Below, in pieces: positions 26,374 to 36,605 of a stretch of 64,000 bases of DNA (its first letter is position 1; every line of letters begins with the position of its first letter). The notes beneath the pieces were generated by a model that saw only the letters and a program-made list of their open reading frames with translations, had not been told where the DNA came from and did no database searches. The translations under genes and the position numbers were made by a program. Location: positions 1,672-65,671 of the forward strand of contig CAYLRE010000001.1 in assembly GCA_964385715.1 (NCBI GenBank). Direction: 5' to 3'. The DNA is from an uncultured Planctomycetaceae bacterium (GTDB lineage: Bacteria; Planctomycetota; Planctomycetia; Pirellulales; UBA7805).

Positions 26374-27990
26374 ATGTCCGAACAACGACGAAAACTGATC
26401 GCCGGCCTCAAGGTCACCAGCCTGTGGACGCTCACCAGCCGGATGCTCGGCATGGTCCGCGACATGGCAACCGCTGCCCTGCTGGGTCTCTCCGGCAGCC
26501 CCGTGCCGGACGCCTTCGTCATCGCATTTCGCATTCCCAATCTGTTCCGGCGACTGTTCGGCGAAGGAGCTTTGGCCGCGAGTTACTTGCCGGTGCTCAC
26601 CGAGAAGTTGGAGTCGGATCGCTCCGACGCCTGGCGGCTGGCCAGCGTGGCCCTCACCCTGTTCACCTTCGTTTTGATCGGACTGGTTGCCGTTGGTGAG
26701 TTGGTCTGTCTTGTTGCTTGGCTCGTTAGCAACGGTGATCCCGAAACGGACCTGCTGATCACGCTCACCGCCCTGCTCCTCCCTTACGTGCTGTTCATAT
26801 GCCTGGCGGCACAAGTGTCCGCCACGCTGCACGCACTCGGTCGTTTCGGCTTGCCCGCGTTCGTGCCGATCGTGCTCAACGTCGTCTGGATTGTGGCCGC
26901 TACGTTCGTCGCCCCCGCTCTCACAGACGACAAGGCGACCCAAGCCTACGTGTTGGCGGTCGCCGTGCTGATCGGCGGAGCTCTTCAACTGAGCGTACAG
27001 ATCCCGCTGCTCTACCGACTCGGTTTTCGCTACGACTACAACTGGTCGCGCACTCGGACCGCGATCGCTACGATCGTGGCCTCGATGTTGCCGATGCTGC
27101 TCGGCCTGGCAATCACACAAATCAACACACTCGCTGACAGCGTAATCGCCTACACGCTTTCTGCCGCACCCGGCGAGACGGCAACCATCACCTGGCTGCC
27201 CGGCGAACTCGCCTACCCGATGCAGCAAGGCGCGGCCGCCGCGATTTTTTACGGTGAGCGTCTCTACCAGTTCCCGGTCGGCATCCTGGGCATCGCCGTG
27301 GCAACCGTGATCTTTCCGCTGCTCAGTCAGCACGCCGCCCGCAAACAGTTCGACGCCATCGGTCCTGACCTTTCCGTCGGGCTGCGACTGGTCACCTTCC
27401 TTTCGGTTCCGGCCGCGGCGGGACTCGTGCTACTGGCCGAACCGATCGCCCGGCTGCTATTCGAGCGAGGCGAGTTCAAGGCCGACGACGCGGCGCGAAC
27501 CGCCGCCATGATTCGCGCTTATGGCCCCGGCGTGTGGGCCTACTGCGCACTGCCCGTCGTCGTGCGTGGATTCTACGCGCTGGGCAATCGCACCACGCCG
27601 GTCAAACTCGGCGCGGCAATGGTCGCACTCAACCTGGCAATGAACCTGACGCTCGTCTGGTCGCTGGCGGAAGTCGGTCTGGCCGCCGCCACGGCCATTT
27701 GTGCTTCGCTCCAGGTCGTGCTCTTGGCGGTCATCTTCTCGCGCCGCTGCGGACGCCTCGATTGGCGACGTCTGGTGCAAACGCTCGGCCGAGCCACACT
27801 CGCCACCGGCGCCATGCTCGCCGCCGGCTATCCGCTCCTGACGCAAATGCCCGCAGGCCCCGAACTGACAACGCAGCTACTCCGCGTGGGGGTGCCACTG
27901 TCCGCCTGCGTGCTGGTCTACCTGGCGGTCTACGCCCTGCTCCGCGGGCCAGAACTGCGAATGCTACGAGGCAAGGTGGAGGAAGAATAG
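26374..27990 (+). CDS. murJ: lipid II flippase MurJ (MviN family)
   Basis: I use the internal ATG at 26374. The sequence is MSEQRRKLIAGLKVTSLWTLTSRMLGMVRDMATAALLG...AFRIPNLFRRLFGEGAL, with about 14 TM segments. Confidence 0.85.
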   Translation: MSEQRRKLIAGLKVTSLWTLTSRMLGMVRDMATAALLGLSGSPVPDAFVIAFRIPNLFRRLFGEGALAASYLPVLTEKLESDRSDAWRLASVALTLFTFVLIGLVAVGELVCLVAWLVSNGDPETDLLITLTALLLPYVLFICLAAQVSATLHALGRFGLPAFVPIVLNVVWIVAATFVAPALTDDKATQAYVLAVAVLIGGALQLSVQIPLLYRLGFRYDYNWSRTRTAIATIVASMLPMLLGLAITQINTLADSVIAYTLSAAPGETATITWLPGELAYPMQQGAAAAIFYGERLYQFPVGILGIAVATVIFPLLSQHAARKQFDAIGPDLSVGLRLVTFLSVPAAAGLVLLAEPIARLLFERGEFKADDAARTAAMIRAYGPGVWAYCALPVVVRGFYALGNRTTPVKLGAAMVALNLAMNLTLVWSLAEVGLAAATAICASLQVVLLAVIFSRRCGRLDWRRLVQTLGRATLATGAMLAAGYPLLTQMPAGPELTTQLLRVGVPLSACVLVYLAVYALLRGPELRMLRGKVEEE

Positions 27991-28191
27991 GCGTCGATCT
28001 CCATGAATCAACCGTCTATTCCGCCACCTGCGTGAGCTAGATTCAGAGCCGACAAAATATTAAACTGGCCCCTTCGGCCCTACTCGTGCGGCATTTGAAT
28101 TGTCGCATCAGTTCAGTTGGCTGGCGATTTGGCCGATAACTCTATTCGTACACCGACGTTCCTAACTCAATCGATCACCGCAAGACCGACC

Positions 28192-28596
28192 ATGCCCACC
28201 GTAAAATTCCTTCGCGAGAAGAAAGAGATCGATGTGCCCGCCGGCACGAACCTTCGCAAGGCGGCCCAGCAGGCCGGCGTGAACCTTTACCAGGGCATCA
28301 ACGGCTACGGCGAAGGGATCAACAAGGTGCTCAACTGCCACGGCCTCGGCGCCTGCGGCACTTGCACCGTGGGTATCGAAAAGGGTCAGGAAAATCTCAG
28401 CAAGATGGGCACCTGGGAAAAGATGAAGTTCCGCGGCATGCCCACGCCCGACCCCTTCCTGGGGATGATCAACTGCATGCACTTCATCGGCAACGAAGAC
28501 CGCCTGCGTCTGGCCTGCAAGACAGAAGTCAACGGCGACGTGGAAGTGACGACCGGTCCCGAGTTCAACGCCACCGGCGAGAATTTCTTTAGCTAG
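28192..28596 (+). CDS. 2Fe-2S ferredoxin-like protein
   Basis: I use the internal ATG at 28192. The sequence is MPTVKFLREKKEIDVPAGTNLRKAA...CHGLGACGTCTV...LACKT. Confidence 0.65.
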   Translation: MPTVKFLREKKEIDVPAGTNLRKAAQQAGVNLYQGINGYGEGINKVLNCHGLGACGTCTVGIEKGQENLSKMGTWEKMKFRGMPTPDPFLGMINCMHFIGNEDRLRLACKTEVNGDVEVTTGPEFNATGENFFS

Positions 28597-28603
28597 ACGT
28601 GGT

Positions 28604-30382
28604 TTGTTGGCCGTGGCCACGCTGCTTGAAGTCACCGACGCTCACAAACGCTACGGCGAACAGCTGTTGCTCGACAACGCTTCGGTTGCGCTGCCAGATA
28701 ATTGCAAGATCGGCATGGTCGGCCGCAATGGAGCTGGCAAGTCGACGCTGGTTCGCATTCTCGTCGGCACCGAAGATCTTGATGCCGGAGTCGTCACCCG
28801 CAGCCCGCGTCTGCGGCTCGGCTATCTGAGGCAACACGATCCGTTCGAGCCGGGCGAGTCGGTTCTCGATTTTCTGATGCGGGACAGCGGGCAGCCTGAC
28901 TGGCGCTGCGGCGAAGTGGCGGCCGAGTTCGCCATCAAGGGTTCCGACCTAACCCGCCCGGTGAGCGAGATGTCGGGCGGTTGGCAGACCCGCGTCAAGC
29001 TGACCGCGCTTCTGCTACACGATCCGAACGTGCTGCTGCTCGACGAACCAACGAACTTCCTCGACATCCGCACGCAGATTCTGCTTGAGCACTTTCTCAA
29101 GCACTTCTCCGGCGGCACGCTGATCGTCTCCCACGATCGCGGCTTCCTAAAGGCGACCTGCACGCACACGCTGGAACTCTCCCGCGGCAAGCTGACGCTG
29201 TTCCCCAACGACATCGACCGCTACATCACCTTCAAGGAAGAGCGACGAGAGCACGACGAAAAGGTCAACGCGGCCACGCTCGCCAAACGGAAGCAGCTGG
29301 AGACGTTCATCAACAAGAATCGGGCTAACGCCAATACCGCCTCGCAAGCACGCAACAAACAAAAACAGCTCGACCGACTGGAAACGCTCGACATCGAAAG
29401 CGAAGAGCGCAAGGTCCGGTTCCACCTGCCGCAGGCGAACATCCGCCAAGGCACCGCTATTCGCTGTCGCGATCTATCCATCGGCTACGAAGATCACACC
29501 GTTGCCTCGGGTATCAATCTTGAGATCGAGCATGGCAGCTGCACCGTGATTGTCGGTGACAACGGTCAAGGTAAGACGACGATGCTCCGCACGCTGGTCG
29601 GATCGCTCAACCCGAAAGGCGGAGAAGCCCGTTGGGGACACGGCTGCGAGATCGGCGTGTACGCCCAACACGTCTACACCTCGCTCGACGAACGCCAGAC
29701 GATCCTCGACTACCTGGACAACTGCCGCAGCCCCGACACCACGCAGCAGAAGGTGCTCGACGTGGCCGGCAGCTTCTTGTTCCACGGCGACCTGATCAAG
29801 AAAAAGATCAAGGTGCTCAGCGGTGGCGAACGAGCCCGTGTCTGCCTGGCCGGGCTGTTGCTCTCCCCGCACAACGTGCTGGTGCTGGACGAACCAGGCA
29901 ACCACTTGGACGTGGAAACGGTCGAGGCCCTAGCCACGGCCCTCAACGAGTATGAAGGCACCATCATTCTCACCAGCCACGATCGTCATTTCGTCCATCG
30001 CGTGGCCAACAGCGTGATCGAGATCGGCAGCGGCAAGGCGACCCACTACCCTGGCAGCTACGACAACTACCTCTATCGAATCGAACAAGAGTTCGACGAA
30101 ATGGAAGCGGCCGCCGCTCCCCAGCGTGACCCGGCCCGCCAGAACAAAGACGCTAGCAAAGAAGAACGCAAACAACAGGCAAAAGATGAACGGGCCGCGC
30201 GAAAAGAGATCCAGTCGCTGGAACGAAAGATCGCCCAATTGGATGATCAAAAGCGATCGCTCAACGAACAGCTGATGGCCACGACCGACGCCATTGAAGC
30301 GCAACGCCTGCACGACGAACTACAAGCAGCCACGGCCGACTGCGAACGGCTGGAAGAACGCTGGATGGAGCTGCAGGAGTAG
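28604..30382 (+). CDS. ABC-F family ATPase (two ABC domains, C-terminal coiled coil)
   Basis: There are two Walker A motifs (GRNGAGKST and GDNGQGKTT) and two signature motifs (MSGGWQTR and LSGGERAR). There is no TM domain. The start may be the GTG at 28613. Confidence 0.85.
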   Translation: MLAVATLLEVTDAHKRYGEQLLLDNASVALPDNCKIGMVGRNGAGKSTLVRILVGTEDLDAGVVTRSPRLRLGYLRQHDPFEPGESVLDFLMRDSGQPDWRCGEVAAEFAIKGSDLTRPVSEMSGGWQTRVKLTALLLHDPNVLLLDEPTNFLDIRTQILLEHFLKHFSGGTLIVSHDRGFLKATCTHTLELSRGKLTLFPNDIDRYITFKEERREHDEKVNAATLAKRKQLETFINKNRANANTASQARNKQKQLDRLETLDIESEERKVRFHLPQANIRQGTAIRCRDLSIGYEDHTVASGINLEIEHGSCTVIVGDNGQGKTTMLRTLVGSLNPKGGEARWGHGCEIGVYAQHVYTSLDERQTILDYLDNCRSPDTTQQKVLDVAGSFLFHGDLIKKKIKVLSGGERARVCLAGLLLSPHNVLVLDEPGNHLDVETVEALATALNEYEGTIILTSHDRHFVHRVANSVIEIGSGKATHYPGSYDNYLYRIEQEFDEMEAAAAPQRDPARQNKDASKEERKQQAKDERAARKEIQSLERKIAQLDDQKRSLNEQLMATTDAIEAQRLHDELQAATADCERLEERWMELQE

Positions 30383-30460
30383 TTCCATCACCCTACGCTG
30401 CATGGACGGGATATCTTCGAAACCGCCCGCTCAGTTCCCGTTCAAGGAAAGTACTTCCCC

Positions 30461-31300
30461 ATGTCACTGGAATTCTCAGCCCGCGTGGCCAGGTTGATCC
30501 TCGTCATCGCGATTTCGGGACTCGTTGCCGGCTGCGGTGATTCGGCGTCCACGACGGGTTCGCAAGAGGTCGCGCAACGATCAGGCGGTACGCCGAGCGA
30601 ATCGCCAAAGACGATCTCGCCCCCATCCGGACGGCTCGTGTTCCAACCGAGATTCTTGTTTGCCGACGAGAACATAACCCATCAAGGAACCGGCTTCTTT
30701 GTCGCAGACTCAAAAGGCAAGGTTCTCGGAGTCACGAGTGCTCACTTTATTGACTTCGAGGGGCCACCAATGGTGTCGGCCGCTTGGATCGCATTTCCCG
30801 AGTTTGAGGCCGTAACGGAATTTGAATACTCCTACGGCGCGCCGGGCGACGAAGGCACCCTGGAACCGATCGATTTGCGCAGGGACTATCTCATCGTCGC
30901 TGGCGAAAAGAACGCGACGGAGGTCACGCCGCTCGAACTAGATGAGCGAAAAGTCATCGACGAAAACGAGCGAGTATGGCTACCGAACAAGGACCAGAAC
31001 ACAACCGAAGGCCACACCCTTGTCGAGGGCACCGTCGTTGAAGCGAGCAAAGAATATGTCACGGTAATTCTCGATGAAGAAATTACCCTGCAATCCCAAA
31101 GCGGCTCACCTCTGATCAGCCAACAGACGGGCAAGGTAATCGGAACACTCTCCCGCGGTGGCAACAGCGACGGATCGACCGTTCTGTTCCTGTGCCCAGC
31201 GCGGTCCATTCTGGACGCCATCGAGAAAGAGCCCTCTCTTGTGCCACTGCGTAAAGCGATTGGCAAGCCAGAGAAATCGCAGGCGGCCGAGGACTCGTAA
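30461..31300 (+). CDS. lipoprotein, trypsin-like serine protease fold
   Basis: The lipobox LVAGC sits in MSLEFSARVARLILVIAISGLVAGCGD. GTGFFV...GVTSAHFI supplies the catalytic His context and QSQSGSPLIS supplies the Ser context. Confidence 0.6.
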   Translation: MSLEFSARVARLILVIAISGLVAGCGDSASTTGSQEVAQRSGGTPSESPKTISPPSGRLVFQPRFLFADENITHQGTGFFVADSKGKVLGVTSAHFIDFEGPPMVSAAWIAFPEFEAVTEFEYSYGAPGDEGTLEPIDLRRDYLIVAGEKNATEVTPLELDERKVIDENERVWLPNKDQNTTEGHTLVEGTVVEASKEYVTVILDEEITLQSQSGSPLISQQTGKVIGTLSRGGNSDGSTVLFLCPARSILDAIEKEPSLVPLRKAIGKPEKSQAAEDS

Positions 31301-31508
31301 GCCTCGGCAAACTAGGACTGGTACCGCAGAAACATCATCTGAACTGAGCACGAGCAGTGGCAAAGCCAGTGGCACCCGTGCAGCGACTACCCACGATCGT
31401 TCTTCGACAATTGGAGTGGCGTGAGACGACATGGTGCGTCTACTCACGGAATAACCCTCACTCGGCCCGGGCGTTGCGAGCGGCTCTTTCGCCGAGGATA
31501 ATGAGAGC

Positions 31509-31826
31509 ATGAAGCAGATCATTGCCATCGTGAAACCGTTTATGGTCGAAAAGGTGCTCGAACATCTCCGTCGGGCTCCGCTCGAGGCCTGCAGCATTCG
31601 TGAGGTCAAAGGCCACGGCCGGCAAAAGAGTTACCTCGACGAATACCGCGGCAGCGAATACTCGATGGCCTTTCTGCCCAAGGTCGAAATCACCCTCTGG
31701 GTCGATGACGCTCGGGTCGAGGAGACGGTCCGCAAGATTGTGGAGGTCGCCCGTACCGGTCGCATCGGCGATGGCAAGATCATGGTGCTACCAGCCGATC
31801 AGGCAGAGATCCCGCTCGACGCTTAG
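31509..31826 (+). CDS. glnB: PII-family nitrogen regulatory protein
   Basis: The sequence is MKQIIAIVKPFMVEKVLEHL...VKGHGRQKSYLDEYRGSEYSMAFLPKVEI. It includes the T-loop with the Tyr51 equivalent, followed by TGRIGDGKIMVL. Confidence 0.85.
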   Translation: MKQIIAIVKPFMVEKVLEHLRRAPLEACSIREVKGHGRQKSYLDEYRGSEYSMAFLPKVEITLWVDDARVEETVRKIVEVARTGRIGDGKIMVLPADQAEIPLDA

Positions 31827-31868
31827 GAGTGTCAGAAATCTGGGGCGGAAAAATGCTGTGGGAGCGTG

Positions 31869-34475
31869 CTACTTCTCGCACTCGCGGAGTAACTTCTCGA
31901 ACCGATGCTTTCGCTCACCGCCACCTAGCTCCGGGTGCAGAGCTGCCGTGAGCTTGAGAATGCGCAGGGCCTGCTTGGTGTTGCCCATGCGGTGATGGGC
32001 GAGTGCCTGATGGTACTTGGCATCGAACCAGTCGCCGCTGGCCTTCTTGCTGCTTCGCTCAATCTTTCGCCACTGGGCGAGCGCCGCCTGCCAGGCCTCC
32101 GGTGAATTGGCCACGGACGGATGAGAAAGGGCCTGAGCGTAACGCAGTTGCACATCGCGGCTGCGGGGCATCGCCTTGGCTAGCTTGGCATACTCTGCCT
32201 TGGCGCGATCGAAGCGCTTCGCCTCGACCAAGGCCGCCGCACGGGCCAAGTTGAGACGCCGCTGCGTAGAAGGATCGGCAACGGCCAAAACCTTCTGAAA
32301 CTGGTCGACCAGCGAAAGCTGCAAATCGGCCAGAGCTCGCTCGCGCGAACCGTCGGCCTGCTCGCGCAGAACATTCAGGGCCAGGGCCAACTCGATCAGA
32401 TCCTCGCCCTCGATGTGGTCGCTTTGCACGGAAAGTTGACCGGCGGCCGCGGCGGCATCCTCGATGCGTCGCGATTGTCCCGCCAGAGCCAGCACCAACA
32501 GGCCTTGAGCTTCGGCACGCCAGGTGGCAGAAGCATCCTCCGTGGCGGCCATCGTCTTTCGCAGCATCTGCTCGATCTCGTCGTAGCCTTCGCTGAGAAA
32601 GATCATCCGCATACGTGCCCAAGCCAGGAGCAAGGTCCGGCCCAACTCATCGAGCGGCTCGATCAACTCACCCCGCGAATCCAACAGACGGTCGGCGGAA
32701 TAAGTGGCCGCGCGACGGGCAACGCGAGAACGCTGCGCGTCGTCGACCTTGAGCGACTTGAGCCAGCGGTGGTAGGTTCGCACGAGCGAAGTAACGGCAG
32801 CCGCATAATGTGGACTGGCCGAAGTGATCGCGGAGAAGAGCTTCTCGGCCGCTTCCCACTCGCCACGAGCCCGACGCACTTCCCCCAACCATAGGCGAAC
32901 CTGGTCCACAGTTGCGGCCTCCGGCCACGACGCGAGATGCTCTTCGAGTAGCTCGACATATTGGTCGAGGGCCCCGGCCGGCCCACCGCGAACGAGCTGG
33001 GCGGCGTTGTAAACCGCCAACAAATGGGCCGCCGCCGCACGGGCATGCTGCGGCTGCTCCTTGGCGAGCTTGCGGTAACGATCGAGGGCCGCAGAGTGCC
33101 GGCGGCGCTGATGCTCAATCGTCGCGGCAGTGTAAGCCAGGTCGAACGCCTGTTGAGTGTCATTCGCCTTCTGTGCGAGAGCGGCCGCCTTGTCGTAAGT
33201 CGCGATCGCCTCGTCGGGCTTGTCGCTACGGAAGAAGTTCGCCGCGGCGCGGGCGAGCGTGGTCGCGTCCTGGCTACCTCCACCGCTGGTAATGTGACGC
33301 CCCAACAGGGCCTCGGCTCGGCGGGTCCAATACGCACCATGCTCCCGCTCAATAAGGCGGACCAGGTCGTTGCTAGTATGTTCGAGTCGACGAGTCGTCT
33401 GCTTGGTATCGCCCTGAGCGCGGGCGGCAAGAAGTGCCCGCAAGTAATCGTGATCCCACTCAGCAGCCAGGCGACTGATCTTCGCGCGATCCTGCAGAAT
33501 ATCGAGCGCTGCCTCGGCGCGGCCACCGTCGATCAACAGACGGGCACGCTCGAGTCGCGCCTGCTCGGCAATCTCCCGCGGCGCGTCGGCCTCGATCTTC
33601 GCAAGCTGCGCCAGCGCCACCTTCGAGTCTTGCAGCAGCCGGTCGCAGCGGGCTTTGCACAGTCGGGCGGTCCAATCGATCGGATCGTTGCGCTCGGCGA
33701 GCGTACTGAAGAGTGCCTTGGCGGTGTCGACGGCGTTGACGCGATCGGCACTACCGGCGGGGTAAGTCAGACCTTGCGAGACGCGGGTACGGGCCAACTG
33801 ATAACGGACTTCTTCCTGTAGGTTACGCAGCTCGTCGGTCGACAGTGCGGCATCATCCCGCCGCACGGCACGAACACTTGCCGCCAGGGCCTGCGTAAGA
33901 TCGTCGAGCAGCGAGGTCAGCATGCCGGCCGACTTACGCAGCGACGCACGGGCCTGTTGGCGCAGCGGACCGGCGGTGGTGACGACTTCGGCCTCCTGCC
34001 GCAATAGATCACCGCGGGCACGATGCACGAGCGCTTCTTGCCGCCGCAAAAGAAACAGCAACGGGCTGCCTTGGTGCTGGTCGCCGAAGGCGGAGAGTGC
34101 ATCGAACGCCGCCTGCCAGGCAACATCGCGAGCCGCAGACGGAAGCGAAAGAGCATGCAGAGCGTGGGTTCGGGCCAGCTCGACGGTGAGTTCCGCTCTC
34201 CGGCGAAGAGGTAGATCCTCGCGGGAGAGCTGCTCGTTGCAAAACGTTTCGGCCAAGGAGAAGAGCTGGCGAGCGAGCAGACCGTCGACGAACCGCTGGT
34301 CGGCTGACTTGGAGCGAGCCGCGACGGCGAAATCGGCGCTAGCGAACACGGCAGCAATGACCATCACTGCGGCGATCAGCAGCGTAGTCCAGCGGCGAAT
34401 TGTGCTTCGCGAAGGTGTCATCGTGTTGGGTACTAGCTGGCTGTGGCTGACGGGTCGACTCGGCAAATGGGTCAC
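31869..34475 (-). CDS. large TPR-repeat protein with N-terminal signal anchor (last gene of the ExbBD/vWA operon)
   Basis: The product is 868 aa. It has the N-terminal hydrophobic segment RRWTTLLIAAVMVIAAVFASA and is helical-repeat, Ala/Leu/Arg-rich throughout. The start may be the ATG at 34421. Confidence 0.6.
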   Translation of the reverse strand: MTHLPSRPVSHSQLVPNTMTPSRSTIRRWTTLLIAAVMVIAAVFASADFAVAARSKSADQRFVDGLLARQLFSLAETFCNEQLSREDLPLRRRAELTVELARTHALHALSLPSAARDVAWQAAFDALSAFGDQHQGSPLLFLLRRQEALVHRARGDLLRQEAEVVTTAGPLRQQARASLRKSAGMLTSLLDDLTQALAASVRAVRRDDAALSTDELRNLQEEVRYQLARTRVSQGLTYPAGSADRVNAVDTAKALFSTLAERNDPIDWTARLCKARCDRLLQDSKVALAQLAKIEADAPREIAEQARLERARLLIDGGRAEAALDILQDRAKISRLAAEWDHDYLRALLAARAQGDTKQTTRRLEHTSNDLVRLIEREHGAYWTRRAEALLGRHITSGGGSQDATTLARAAANFFRSDKPDEAIATYDKAAALAQKANDTQQAFDLAYTAATIEHQRRRHSAALDRYRKLAKEQPQHARAAAAHLLAVYNAAQLVRGGPAGALDQYVELLEEHLASWPEAATVDQVRLWLGEVRRARGEWEAAEKLFSAITSASPHYAAAVTSLVRTYHRWLKSLKVDDAQRSRVARRAATYSADRLLDSRGELIEPLDELGRTLLLAWARMRMIFLSEGYDEIEQMLRKTMAATEDASATWRAEAQGLLVLALAGQSRRIEDAAAAAGQLSVQSDHIEGEDLIELALALNVLREQADGSRERALADLQLSLVDQFQKVLAVADPSTQRRLNLARAAALVEAKRFDRAKAEYAKLAKAMPRSRDVQLRYAQALSHPSVANSPEAWQAALAQWRKIERSSKKASGDWFDAKYHQALAHHRMGNTKQALRILKLTAALHPELGGGERKHRFEKLLRECEK

Positions 34476-34521
34476 GGCACGCTCGACCGACTAACGGGGC
34501 ACTCAACGTCGGCCAGCAGAA

Positions 34522-34971
34522 TTATAGCGCCGCGGCCGCGAATTGTACTTGCTCAAAGCCGGTCATGCGGGCCGCGTCGTAGGCGTCGACCACATGCCCC
34601 AGAGGCACCGCGTCGTCGACGTCAAGGATCACCGGCACGGCCAGATCGACATCGGCCACACTCGCGAGCACCGCGCGAAGCCGCCCGAGACTATCGACTG
34701 GCTGCTCGTTAACGATCCAGGTCGGGGCGTTGCCGGTCCAACCGATCTCGACGATGACCTCCTGCAGGTCTTCCAGCTCTGGAGGAATCTCGGCCTCGGC
34801 AATGCCGGCCCCTTCCTCCATCTTCACGCTGCTCGGCAACAGCTGCTCGCTAATCTGAAAGCTGGCGGTGCAAATGAAAAAGATCAGCAGCAGAAACACG
34901 ACGTCGATCATCGGCGTCATCGTGGCGTCGGTGCGACCGGCGGTCTCGTTGTGGTAAGAAGGAATTCGCAT
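34522..34971 (-). CDS. exbD: ExbD/TolR-family protein (copy 2)
   Basis: I use the internal ATG at 34971. The sequence is ...ATMTPMIDVVFLLLIFFICTASF...VILDVDDAVPLGHVVDAYDA. Confidence 0.8.
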   Translation of the reverse strand: MRIPSYHNETAGRTDATMTPMIDVVFLLLIFFICTASFQISEQLLPSSVKMEEGAGIAEAEIPPELEDLQEVIVEIGWTGNAPTWIVNEQPVDSLGRLRAVLASVADVDLAVPVILDVDDAVPLGHVVDAYDAARMTGFEQVQFAAAAL

Positions 34972-35018
34972 GTTCTGTTGGTTAGCAGACAGCCAGACGA
35001 CGAGACGAAATGAACAGC

Positions 35019-35471
35019 CTAAAACGCGTCCTCGCGGCGAATGACAACGATCGAAACATTCCACACCCCTTGCTTGGCGCAAGTGGCCAGGACCGGCGAA
35101 ACGATTTTATACGGCACGTCGCGGTCACTGCGTATCCGCACGTCGAGCTCCCCACCAGCCCGCGCGACCTCGTCGGCCAGGCGTTGCGGCAATTCTTCAA
35201 TCGTGACTGGCAGACTGCCAAGCCGCATCTCGAACTGGCCATTCTCCGACAACAGATTGATCGTCACCCGCGGACGATCGGACTGCGGATCTTCCTCGCC
35301 ACTATCGGCAGTAGGAAGCGCCACCTCGGCCTGCACTTCCTGTCGCGCCAGATGGCTACTGACCAGGAAGAAGATGATCAGCAGGAACACCACGTCAATC
35401 ATCGGCGTCATGTTGGGCTGCACACCGCTACGACGTTTGGGACCGTGTCTTTGCGAGGAACTCGATCGCAT
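35019..35471 (-). CDS. exbD: ExbD/TolR-family protein (copy 1)
   Basis: The sequence is NMTPMIDVVFLLIIFFLVSSHL...IRSDRDVPYKIVSPVLATCAKQG. Confidence 0.8.
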   Translation of the reverse strand: MRSSSSQRHGPKRRSGVQPNMTPMIDVVFLLIIFFLVSSHLARQEVQAEVALPTADSGEEDPQSDRPRVTINLLSENGQFEMRLGSLPVTIEELPQRLADEVARAGGELDVRIRSDRDVPYKIVSPVLATCAKQGVWNVSIVVIRREDAF

Positions 35472-35476
35472 GAGCG

Positions 35477-36499
35477 TTACCCTCCCGCCTGTGGTGGTGG
35501 TGGAGGCGTCGCACCACCTGCTTGGCCGCGAGCGCCACCACTGCCCGCGTTACCAGCGTTTCCCGCCACAGGGGCACTCGCGCCGCCTGCCCCTCCCGCC
35601 CCTCCCGCTCGTCGCTGCGAACGACGTCGCTTGAGCGGCAAGAAGACGTGTTGGGCCATGTACGATCCTTCGGCCACCAGCTCATCAACACGATTGCGGA
35701 ACACGGCAAACGCGGCCAGGCAAGGAATCGCTACCAGCAGCCCGCCGACCGTCGTTACCAGGGCCTGATAGATTCCAGTCGCCAGCTGCGGCGCACGGGC
35801 GGCACCTTGTGTATTGGCCACTTCCTGAAAGGCAAAGATCATACCGGTGACCGTGCCCAACAGCCCGATCATGGGGGCGATGTTGCCAATCACCGAAAGG
35901 TACTCGACCTTACGGAACAACCGCGCGGCCTGCTCGGTCGAAGCATCTTCCATCGCCTTCTCCACGGCTGACCAGCCGCCGTCAACCTCGCCGATGCCTG
36001 CCTGAAGTACAAATGCCAAGAAGCTCGGTTGCTGCCGACAAAGCTCTTCGGCCCCGTCGACATTTCCGGCCAAGAGTTGTGCCTGCACATCGTTCGCCAG
36101 TCGCGGCGGCATGATCGTGTCTTTACGGATCGACATCATGTGTTCGATGCCGAGGCCGACCGCCGTGATCGATAACCCGAACAGCACCAGCACGATCAGA
36201 AAGCCGATCCAGCTGCCGGAAAAGACGATGTCGAAAAAGCCATGGTCTTCGGCCGTCTCACCGGCAGCCTCCGAACCGCCAGCATCGCCGGGCGCGGCGG
36301 CGGCAACACCGTCATCAGCGGCCGACGAAAATTCGCCATAGGCAGTGACCAAGGCAAAGACCATCGCCAAACCGGTCAACCAGGTGAGCGTTCTCGAAAA
36401 ACGGCGTATCGCGGATTGTGGCAAGGAACCAATGCTCGCTGTTAGAAAGTTTAAAAAGAATAAGGACAACGCAAGTCGTTCGTGCGCCTCACGGTCCAC
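35477..36499 (-). CDS. exbB: MotA/TolQ/ExbB-family proton channel with Gly/Ala/Pro-rich C-terminal tail
   Basis: The sequence is LSVIGNIAPMIGLLGTVTGMIFAF...ALVTTVGGLLVAIP. The N-terminal periplasmic extension has a signal-like segment, and the tail is GGAGGAGGASAPVAGNAGNAGSGG...PPPPPQAGG. Confidence 0.8.
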   Translation of the reverse strand: MDREAHERLALSLFFLNFLTASIGSLPQSAIRRFSRTLTWLTGLAMVFALVTAYGEFSSAADDGVAAAAPGDAGGSEAAGETAEDHGFFDIVFSGSWIGFLIVLVLFGLSITAVGLGIEHMMSIRKDTIMPPRLANDVQAQLLAGNVDGAEELCRQQPSFLAFVLQAGIGEVDGGWSAVEKAMEDASTEQAARLFRKVEYLSVIGNIAPMIGLLGTVTGMIFAFQEVANTQGAARAPQLATGIYQALVTTVGGLLVAIPCLAAFAVFRNRVDELVAEGSYMAQHVFLPLKRRRSQRRAGGAGGAGGASAPVAGNAGNAGSGGARGQAGGATPPPPPQAGG

Positions 36500-36605
36500 C
36501 TCGATTCTGCGATATCTCGGCAGTTCGAGGCAAGCCCGTTATGGAAATCACCGTCATCAGAAACACACAATGCGGCACACACCATCGGCTGCTACCGTCG
36601 CTTCG